A DNA stretch of 40,298 bases. Source: Candidatus Peregrinibacteria bacterium Greene1014_49 (GTDB taxonomy: Bacteria > Patescibacteriota > Gracilibacteria > Peribacterales > Peribacteraceae). Location: NCBI GenBank assembly GCA_007376635.1, contig VMGQ01000004.1, positions 1 through 40,298 on the forward strand. Direction: 5' to 3'. The translations under genes and the position numbers were made by a program. Below the pieces are notes generated by a model that saw only the letters and a program-made list of their open reading frames with translations, was not told where the DNA came from and searched no databases. Below are positions 33,887 through 40,298 of the stretch, piece after piece (within the stretch, counting starts at the first letter, position 1; each line of letters opens with the position of its first letter).

Positions 33887-34153
33887 TTATCGTCCCTTCT
33901 TCATCCGCTCATAGATGTCTCTCCGATGCCCAATGGCGACGATTTCGACCTGGGAACTTTTTTTGACTTCATAGATGATGCGATAGACACCAACCCGATG
34001 CATGCGATAGCCCGAAAGCGTACCTGTCAGCATTTTCCCTATTCCCCAATCATCGAAGATTTCATGGCATCCGAGCAGCAGTGATTTTCGCAGTGAACGT
34101 GGGAGGTTCTTCAGATCCCGCTCTGCCACATCCCAGAATGTCATCCTTACCAT
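33887..34153 (-). CDS. RelE/ParE-family type II toxin (paralogue of 8216-8491)
   Basis: 88 aa, YRMHRVGVYRIIYEVKKSSQVEIVAIGHRRDIY. Overlaps the antitoxin stop. Confidence 0.8.
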   Translation of the reverse strand: MVRMTFWDVAERDLKNLPRSLRKSLLLGCHEIFDDWGIGKMLTGTLSGYRMHRVGVYRIIYEVKKSSQVEIVAIGHRRDIYERMKKGR

Positions 34154-34383
34154 AACTTTTTGAATACTTCCTCAGCGGGAATCAACCGGTGATCTTTCTC
34201 TCGTCTCTTGATTTCCTCCACAAATTCTTTTTTGAACACGCCTTCCTCCATCTCGAGTCCACGTTCGATGAGCTCCAATGCCTTTGCTGCCTGCGGCATG
34301 TCGTCTCTAAGCGAAATCTTTTTGAGAAAGACGGCAAGGTCTTTGGGAAGCGTGAGGTTGAGGCGTTTTTTTGACGTCGGCAT
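34147..34383 (-). CDS. RHH-type antitoxin (paralogue of 8488-8718)
   Basis: KKRLNLTLPKDLAVFLKKISLRDDMPQAAKALELIERGLEMEE aligns by eye with KKRLNITLPKEARVYLKKLAIKDQVPEATKAAELLQMALEIEE. Confidence 0.8.
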   Translation of the reverse strand: MPTSKKRLNLTLPKDLAVFLKKISLRDDMPQAAKALELIERGLEMEEGVFKKEFVEEIKRREKDHRLIPAEEVFKKLW

Positions 34384-34393
34384 AGTGGAAGGA

Positions 34394-34423
34394 GGTGTAA
34401 CACCAGTGTACCACTGGTGTATC
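34394..34423. promoter_or_regulatory. Candidate operator: three GTGTAnC sites phased at exactly 11 bp
   Basis: GTGTA at 34395, 34406 and 34417. The first two sites lie in the palindromes ggtgtaacacc and ccagtgtaccactgg. The region is 12-38 nt upstream of the antitoxin ATG. Confidence 0.5.
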
Positions 34424-34524
34424 TCTTGTGCAAAGCGTATAGAGAAAACCCCGTATCGCAGTGATACAGGGTTTTCTTCGTTTTCGTATAGGCAAACTCC
34501 TTTGGGAAATGGTATTGGCTTGGA

Positions 34525-35442
34525 TCAGCACTTGGCGAATTCAGCGACAACGCGCTGAAAACTCTTTCGCATCACTTCGATGCCACTCAGCTTTGGCAAC
34601 TCGCGCAGACACAGAGCCCCAGCAATCCCTAGGTCGACATCGGAGCCAAAAGCTTCGATGTTCCAAGTATTCACGGAGCATTGGCCGCTGGCCAGGTACG
34701 GGAAAATTCCTGTCGTTGTCAGCGCTTGCTCAGCGCCGATGATTGTCCGACCACTGTCGGACAGATGACCGGTTTTGCCGAATTTGTTGTCATGACGCTT
34801 CCATGCCTCCACAGTCGATGACTCGCCCGCGGCTTGATGGCAAGTGTCCGGACCGTGAGTGATGAATTTGCCAGTATTGGCTCTTTCAAAGAGCTCCTGC
34901 ATGTGATCGAGAGTACTTACTCCGGTTTCGAAGCGGTTCAGTGTCTCGATTTCGACAAGCATGTTGGCATTAGCCGCAATGCCGTTAGCCCAGGCCAGGA
35001 AGTCGACGCAACGCGCGTCGTGGTCGGGAGTCCAGAAGTAGTGCCCTGCGAGCAAGCCCGCAGAGTAGGGTCCGAAGTGCGAAAGCGCACCACAGAGAGC
35101 CGCTTGCGCCAGGTGCGCCTGGAACACGTCCTTTGCACGTTGCACAATGTCCTTGTTAGCACTGACAGGGCACGCCGGCTTATCGCCGATATTCACCAAG
35201 AAATCAATCGTGTGAATATGCGTCTCCTCCTCGCGTCCGGCAGCCCATTGTTTCAGCCCCTTCAGCCAGCTCGCTGACTTATTGCTGGGCTGAACTTCAA
35301 ATGCACGGAAGCCGATACCGTACAAAGTGTCGTAATCGGCTTCGTCGGCTGCGAAGTCGTCTTTGCCGCGATGTTGATGGAACAGCATCGTTGCTCCGAT
35401 GCGTATCCCCTTGGTCGCGCTGAGGTCGGCCGTTTTGGCCAT
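34525..35442 (-). CDS. Xylose-isomerase-like TIM-barrel protein (ketose 3-epimerase-like sugar isomerase/epimerase)
   Basis: The VEIETLNRFET block is typical of tagatose/psicose 3-epimerase-type TIM barrels. AAGGAG lies 7 nt upstream of the ATG. Confidence 0.65.
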   Translation of the reverse strand: MAKTADLSATKGIRIGATMLFHQHRGKDDFAADEADYDTLYGIGFRAFEVQPSNKSASWLKGLKQWAAGREEETHIHTIDFLVNIGDKPACPVSANKDIVQRAKDVFQAHLAQAALCGALSHFGPYSAGLLAGHYFWTPDHDARCVDFLAWANGIAANANMLVEIETLNRFETGVSTLDHMQELFERANTGKFITHGPDTCHQAAGESSTVEAWKRHDNKFGKTGHLSDSGRTIIGAEQALTTTGIFPYLASGQCSVNTWNIEAFGSDVDLGIAGALCLRELPKLSGIEVMRKSFQRVVAEFAKC

Positions 35443-35683
35443 GGGATTCTCCTTCTCTGAAAAGTCACATAATTCATGAGTCTCCGTATTCTCTTTTCAT
35501 GATACTGATCAAAAGTCTCCCATTACTTTCATTGTTTTAGGAGTTTGCCAGTGTTTTGAAAAAACAGAAAACGAAGCAAGCTGAGCATAAACAAGCTCAA
35601 CCTAAATTTGACAATACTATAAGAAGCTGTTTTGTAAATTAAAAAGTCTAGGGTTTCTGAAGCTTTTTCTTAAGAGGAAAACC

Positions 35684-35710
35684 CCCCGACACGACGTGTG
35701 TCGGGGTTTT
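35684..35710 (+). terminator. Orphan intrinsic-terminator-like hairpin 28 nt upstream of the GT39 ATG
   Basis: ccccgacac-gacgt-gtgtcgggg (9-bp perfect stem) followed by tttt. No same-strand gene lies upstream. Confidence 0.55.
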
Positions 35711-35737
35711 GCCATACTCCGTGTACGATAGCTCTGC

Positions 35738-37141
35738 ATGCATCGCTCGCAGGACACCAACTGGCTGTTCATCGCAACGGTTTTCATCCTCGCGGTTGGT
35801 ATTGCCGTCCGCATCGTTGCTGCGTTTCAGCCGCTCTGGCTCGATGAAATCTGGTCGATGATGTTTCTCGATCGTATCGAGCATGCTTGGGATGTCTTGA
35901 GTATTCATCATCTCAATAATCACCCGCTCAATACGCTGTATCTCTGGTTGCTTGGGCCTAGCCGGATGCCGATTCTCTATCGCATTCCTTCGCTTCTTTC
36001 AGGCATAGCACTGACTCTCTGGATGACGCGAGTGTCGTGGAAGCGGTCGCAGACAGAAGGCTTCTTTGTCGCCGTATTCATCGGATTATCGCTCGTGATT
36101 CTTCAGACGGCGGTGGAGGCGCGAGGATACAGTCCGATGCTCCTTGCTGCTTTTGCCGCCTATGTCTTTTTTCAGCGGATGGAACGTACGGAAGCAAGAC
36201 AGGATATTATTTTCTACGCATTCTTTGCGTCCCTTGCGGTGACGTTGCATCTGAGTGCAATCACGGTCATTCTTGCCGCAGCTGCTGCAACATTTGTCCG
36301 TGGGTATTTTGCGGGAATGCCTGCAGCATTTCGTAAGACGTTGCGTCTTCATAGCGTGCCGTTTCTGGTCTTCGGATTGCTCGTCATTTTCACATACCAT
36401 CAGCAGGCATTTGATGGAGGCCAGGATCCTGGCGTGAGCTTCTCGAGATTTGGTGCGGATGTCCTCGGATGGCCTTCCTTGCCTCTGTGGGCAGCCACGG
36501 CAGTATCCTACGGTGTTGTCATTGCGCTCCTTGCGGTTGTCGAGCATCTGCTGCGCAAAGATCCACCGCAGGGCATTTTTCTCCTCATGCTCTTTTGTAT
36601 CGCTCCTGCGATGCTCGTTGTTGCAGGATCGCGAGCCATTGGTCTCGAAGTGCGGTTTTTCCTTCCAAGTATCGTCGCCTTTTTTCTTCTCTTGAGTAGG
36701 GTCTTTCTATCGGCATGGCAGCGGAAATCCGTTCTTTCAAACATACTCGTTGGCATTGCTATGGTCTCTATGGTCGGAGGAAATATCTACGGTATCGGAA
36801 ATCTTCTCCGGTACGGCAGAGGGGATGGCAAAAGTTTCCAGCCGCTTCTTGCGTATATTGAAGCGCATTCCACGGTACATCCCATTACCTTCGGTACGGT
36901 ATTTTCCATCGATAATGTCATCGTGGAGTACGTCGGAAATACTCCGGACAAACCTCCTTCGTTTTTGTATGTGCGCAAGGACGCATGGGAGGAGCATCCT
37001 CCCGAGTGGCTTCTGGATCGGCAGTTTGTGTGGGAAAGCGTGAGGCAAGCATTTCTCCGTCGTGTGGAAAACGAGTACGAGATCGCATTGCCCGCTGCGC
37101 CCGGTCAGTGGTGGGTTGTGTGGAGGAGGAAGGGTTTATAG
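35738..37141 (+). CDS. GT-C fold membrane glycosyltransferase (GT39/ArnT/PMT_2-like)
   Basis: PLWLDEIWS motif after TM1, and about 11 TM helices with a soluble C-terminal domain. Confidence 0.7.
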   Translation: MHRSQDTNWLFIATVFILAVGIAVRIVAAFQPLWLDEIWSMMFLDRIEHAWDVLSIHHLNNHPLNTLYLWLLGPSRMPILYRIPSLLSGIALTLWMTRVSWKRSQTEGFFVAVFIGLSLVILQTAVEARGYSPMLLAAFAAYVFFQRMERTEARQDIIFYAFFASLAVTLHLSAITVILAAAAATFVRGYFAGMPAAFRKTLRLHSVPFLVFGLLVIFTYHQQAFDGGQDPGVSFSRFGADVLGWPSLPLWAATAVSYGVVIALLAVVEHLLRKDPPQGIFLLMLFCIAPAMLVVAGSRAIGLEVRFFLPSIVAFFLLLSRVFLSAWQRKSVLSNILVGIAMVSMVGGNIYGIGNLLRYGRGDGKSFQPLLAYIEAHSTVHPITFGTVFSIDNVIVEYVGNTPDKPPSFLYVRKDAWEEHPPEWLLDRQFVWESVRQAFLRRVENEYEIALPAAPGQWWVVWRRKGL

Positions 37142-37486
37142 GAGTATCGCCATCGCGACAGCACTGAGAAATAGCCCGAGATCCCGCACAAAGAGATCAT
37201 TCATGCCAGCCTGCGTCAGAATCAGAATCAAGTATGCGGCCATGCCCCACGCCGCTATTTGCCGGATCATTCTCTGAGGAAAGAGGAGAGCGGCTGCAAG
37301 GAGGAGTTCGATGCCGCCAGCGCTGGAAAGCCATGCTTCTCGGGAAATTCCGAGGGCATTCTCCATCCACGATGGCATCCACCCCATCCAAACTTCCGGG
37401 CGCAGGAATTTATCGGCGCCGAATACGCTAAAGACCGTCACCATGGCGGTCATGAGTATGCCTCTGGTGACTTTCACTCTTTCCAT
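37136..37486 (-). CDS. DoxX-like small membrane protein
   Basis: 116 aa with 3-4 TM helices and a DoxX-like pattern (FGADKFLRPEVW...). Start set at MERVKV so it does not overlap the divergent gene. Confidence 0.5.
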   Translation of the reverse strand: MERVKVTRGILMTAMVTVFSVFGADKFLRPEVWMGWMPSWMENALGISREAWLSSAGGIELLLAAALLFPQRMIRQIAAWGMAAYLILILTQAGMNDLFVRDLGLFLSAVAMAILL

Positions 37487-37535
37487 GGGAGCCGAGCATA
37501 GTCTACCATGTGTCGGCCGTTTCCCCTTTGCTTCC

Positions 37536-38045
37536 ATGAGAACACTTCACACACTCCTCCTCACCACAGTTTTTCTTGTTGCTTGCGCTCCCACGACGGT
37601 TCCTACAAGCGAAATTCCTCAGGAGCAGGGTATGCCCGTTCCGGGAAATACCGTAGAAGAGCAGATCGTGAGTGGTGATGACGATCAGGTTCCTGCGACG
37701 GAAGACACTGGTGGGAATGGGGAAACCGGTGGAGCGATGGTGCCCTCATCGAAGGCTCCTGCGGCTTCAGTGCGCATGGTGGAAATCACTGCAAGCAACT
37801 TCGCCTTCACGCCGAGCATGATCACGGTGAAGAAAGGGGAGGAGGTGACGCTCAATCTCATAGGAGAATCCGGCATCCACGGCATCGGTATTCCGGGGTT
37901 CGGCATCAGCCAGCGCGTTGATCTCGGACAGACGGTTTCTATCGCCATTCCCACGGATACAGCAGGAACGTTTGATTTCAAGTGCAATGTTCCCTGTGGT
38001 TCCGGGCACAAGGAGATGAAGGGGACGATTGTGATTGAGGAATAA
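37536..38045 (+). CDS. Lipoprotein with a cupredoxin domain carrying a CuA-type site
   Basis: Lipobox LVAC. H-X34-C-X3-C-X3-H-X2-M (IHGIG...FKCNVPCGSGHKEM) was counted residue by residue. Confidence 0.75.
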   Translation: MRTLHTLLLTTVFLVACAPTTVPTSEIPQEQGMPVPGNTVEEQIVSGDDDQVPATEDTGGNGETGGAMVPSSKAPAASVRMVEITASNFAFTPSMITVKKGEEVTLNLIGESGIHGIGIPGFGISQRVDLGQTVSIAIPTDTAGTFDFKCNVPCGSGHKEMKGTIVIEE

Positions 38046-38061
38046 TTTTTAAAATGTCTCT

Positions 38062-38682
38062 ATGAAGCGCACCCTCGTCACCATTACCGTTGTTATGATC
38101 GCCCTCGGTGCGTGGGCGGCGCTTCGACCGCTGGATCCGTATACCATTGCAAACCCGGATCCCAATCACACGCATACGGATTTTGCTGTGTGGATCGATG
38201 GGAAGAAACTGGATTTCTCGGATGAGGAATTTATGTCAGAGTCCGAGAGCGATCAGACGGGCGAGGATCATGATGCGCATGGTCACAAGCATCATCCCTA
38301 TCTGCATTTGCATGACGGAAACGGATATGTGATTCATCGTCACAAGCCGGGGCTCACGCTCGGTGATTTCTTTGCAAGTATCCAGATTGGGATCGATGGG
38401 GCGTGCTACACATCCTTCGCGCCGATGGCCGATGGGGAGATCTGCGGAGATCATCCTTTTCGGATGTTTTTAAACGGCGAGGAAATGCCGGTCACGATGG
38501 AGTATGTTTTTGAAGACCTGGATCAGATTCTCTTTACCAATGCGGATTCCAATGAAGAGGTTCGGAAGGAGTTGCAGCAGATGACCGATGACGCGTGTCG
38601 ATATTCGCAGCGGTGTCCGTGGAGAGGAGAGGCGCAGGCGGAAAATTGCATCGCGGATCCAGCGGTACCGTGTGTGGAGTAA
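38062..38682 (+). CDS. Secreted or membrane-anchored His-rich protein
   Basis: N-terminal TM/signal. Also HTHTDFAVWIDGKKL, DHDAHGHKHHPYLHLHDGNGYVIHRH and C-terminal Cys residues. 16 nt downstream of the cupredoxin gene. Confidence 0.6.
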   Translation: MKRTLVTITVVMIALGAWAALRPLDPYTIANPDPNHTHTDFAVWIDGKKLDFSDEEFMSESESDQTGEDHDAHGHKHHPYLHLHDGNGYVIHRHKPGLTLGDFFASIQIGIDGACYTSFAPMADGEICGDHPFRMFLNGEEMPVTMEYVFEDLDQILFTNADSNEEVRKELQQMTDDACRYSQRCPWRGEAQAENCIADPAVPCVE

Positions 38683-38785
38683 ACATCCACCCAGCTACCC
38701 CTACTGGGGTGCGGCGACACGAGAATATAATCGATTGCTTCTTTGTAAGAAAAAATTGGGTAAGTCTCATTTGAGTGAAGCAGCG

Positions 38786-38857
38786 TCTCCCCTCCCGACG
38801 GGAGGGGAACAAGGGGAGGGGGTCAAAGATGCTTTCAGACCCCCTCTCCCTAACCCT
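38786..38857. repeat. Two adjacent GC-rich hairpin elements (same family as 26558 and 29198)
   Basis: tcccctccc-gac-gggagggga (9-bp perfect stem), then gggagggggtc-N13-gaccccctctccc, then taaccc. Confidence 0.7.
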
Positions 38858-38869
38858 TCTATGATCGTG

Positions 38870-39111
38870 GCTTTGGGACAAGGTTAGAATCTATTGACGG
38901 GGTGTTGTGAAGGGAAATTACAGCAGGATATGGATGTTGACGCATGAAGAACGGTTGTTGCCAATGAGGCAACAGCGATGATGCAATCGATCCTTTGATA
39001 CGCTTCTATCCGTCTTCTCCGAGAAGGCCCGGGAGACATGTGTCGGATTCATCAAAGGGCGGCTGTCTCACACTCTCCCAGAGTCCTTAACGGACAGGGG
39101 CTAGATCGAGT
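38870..39111 (-). ncRNA. Candidate IS-encoded guide (bridge/seek-type) RNA region 3' of the transposase
   Basis: About 240 nt with no ORF but with several hairpins (gttgcc-aatga-ggcaac; cctttgat...atcaaagg enclosing cttctc/gagaag). This is a positional analogy only. Confidence 0.25.
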
Positions 39112-40242
39112 TCAGCCGCCGACGATGATAGACACACTGGTGTTGCGGAAATTGTAGCACCAACAGTCAATGCTTCCTGTCGTCTTGCCTTGTAGACCTC
39201 TCCAAAGATAATACACAAGAGTGAGATTCTTCCTTGCGAGTGCGACAACAACTTTGTTTGCATGTTTCCGGCTCTTCATCTGCTCGGCCTGACCGAGTGA
39301 CGGGAAGTAGAGGGAGACGATATCGGAGCGACTGAAGCGAATGATTTGGGCTCCTTGGATGAGAAGCTTTCGGAGAAGAGGATCGCCGGTCTTCGCGATC
39401 TTTCCTTTCACGGTGGTCTCTCCGCTCTGCCGTTCCCGCACACCGAAACCAAGGTACGAACTCAGATGCGATGCATCTTTAAATCGATCGATGACGTCGA
39501 TTTTGTATCGCAAAGCGAATGCAGTGATAGGACCAATGCCCGGGATGGTCTGGAGAAGTGGAATAATCGGATCGCTCTTGCTCATCGCTTTCATGAGTGT
39601 CTCGATGCGTGCGATCCGCTCATTACTTTCCAGAAGCGCCTTTCTGAAATCCAGATGGATGAACGAGGCGAGCGAGGACTTTTCTGAGATTTCCCCTGTA
39701 AAGGGATTCGCTCCGTAATCACGCTCGAAGGAGCGTAGGTGATTCTTGATGGCACTGCGACATCGCACCAGATGTTCCCGATATCGTGCGAGTTTGCTGC
39801 CTTCCCGTGCCGTCTTGCTCTGCACGTACACCGCGAGTGAGCGAATGCCTCCATGCAGGCAGGCATGGCAGAGCACTTGTGCATCAATCGCATCGTTTTT
39901 GATGCCGGAACTTTTGATCCATGCCGAGGTCTTCCGTGCATCGAGGGGGATGAAGGTGACATCGGCAACTTCGGTAAGAGCATCACAGAGGACATGCCAC
40001 CCAAAGGCAGCTTCGCAGGCAATTACTTTTTTGCCTGCGAAGCGGTTGAGGACCGTAAGCAACTCAGTGTTCGGAAGACGCTTGCGCTGGAATAGTGGCT
40101 TCTCGGGGATATGAGGGTCGACGACGCAGATTGCCGTCGTCTTCGCATGGAGATCGAGGCCGATGATGAAAGCAGCCGTGTCTGCTGCCTGTTGCAGCTC
40201 CACCACAGCTGGAAAGTTTTCCCGAAAGATGGATGTGGCCAT
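39112..40242 (-). CDS. IS110-family transposase (DEDD RuvC-like N-domain + Transposase_20 C-domain)
   Basis: IIGLDLHAKTTAICVVD, ACEAAFGWH and NDAIDAQVL (DEDD). Also LQTIPGIGPITAFAL...SYLGFGVRERQSGE...GKIAKTGDPLLRKLL. Confidence 0.85.
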   Translation of the reverse strand: MATSIFRENFPAVVELQQAADTAAFIIGLDLHAKTTAICVVDPHIPEKPLFQRKRLPNTELLTVLNRFAGKKVIACEAAFGWHVLCDALTEVADVTFIPLDARKTSAWIKSSGIKNDAIDAQVLCHACLHGGIRSLAVYVQSKTAREGSKLARYREHLVRCRSAIKNHLRSFERDYGANPFTGEISEKSSLASFIHLDFRKALLESNERIARIETLMKAMSKSDPIIPLLQTIPGIGPITAFALRYKIDVIDRFKDASHLSSYLGFGVRERQSGETTVKGKIAKTGDPLLRKLLIQGAQIIRFSRSDIVSLYFPSLGQAEQMKSRKHANKVVVALARKNLTLVYYLWRGLQGKTTGSIDCWCYNFRNTSVSIIVGG

Positions 40243-40298
40243 CAGAGAAAGGGGAAGAGGATGGAAGTTCTCATCCTATCTCACGATCATGGACACTC

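Larger units (their letters stand above)
38859..40292 (-). mobile_element. IS110/IS1111-family insertion sequence (boundaries tentative)
   Basis: Transposase ORF plus a 9-bp inverted repeat, atgatcgtg (38861-38869) and cacgatcat (40282-40290). These bracket 1.43 kb, a typical size for the family. Confidence 0.55.

Noticed and set aside
1-40298. Alternative genetic code (UGA recoding as in some CPR lineages).
   Set aside because: All conserved genes (typA, metG, fmt, argS, murF-like, virB4-like) read through uninterrupted and end at sensible positions under the standard code. The two broken genes are explained by frame shifts, not by in-frame stop codons.

Overview
A 40.3 kb chromosomal segment of roughly mid-range GC content (not computed) that reads cleanly in the standard genetic code. 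The gene content suggests a small-genome, uncultivated bacterium of the CPR/Patescibacteria type, but that placement is inference only. Housekeeping genes present: typA (5' truncated by the window edge), tatD-like, metG, fmt, rbfA, a DHH phosphoesterase, argS, and five tRNAs (Lys-UUU, Arg-CCG, Gly-CCC, Gly-GCC, Met/Ile2-CAU). Accessory content: (1) three translationally coupled VirB2/TrbC-like pilin genes, plus a VirB4-like ATPase with a lipoprotein gene 6 kb away; (2) a minus-strand cell-wall operon encoding a membrane-anchored MurF-like ligase, a DegT-type aminotransferase, FemX, a small TM protein and an orphan 558-566 aa protein with arginase-like motifs; (3) two paralogous RelE/RHH toxin-antitoxin pairs, each next to a tRNA and each with GTGTA operator repeats phased at 11 bp; (4) a lipoprotein with an exact CuA-type copper-site spacing, next to a His-rich secreted protein; (5) two GT-C type membrane glycosyltransferases; (6) a frame-broken Ser/Thr kinase and a frame-broken alpha/beta hydrolase; (7) an IS110/IS1111-family element at the right edge. 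Several short repeat families occur: GC-rich hairpins with a G-rich tail, GATTTGC heptamers, and palindromes built from tandem units. Copies of these repeats lie in frame inside femX, murF, degT and the hydrolase. Many genes have a -10-like hexamer 6-9 nt before the ATG, or start within a few nt of a tRNA 3' end, which suggests leaderless mRNAs. No CRISPR array, rRNA gene or reverse transcriptase was seen. All family assignments come from motif recognition by eye, not from database searches.
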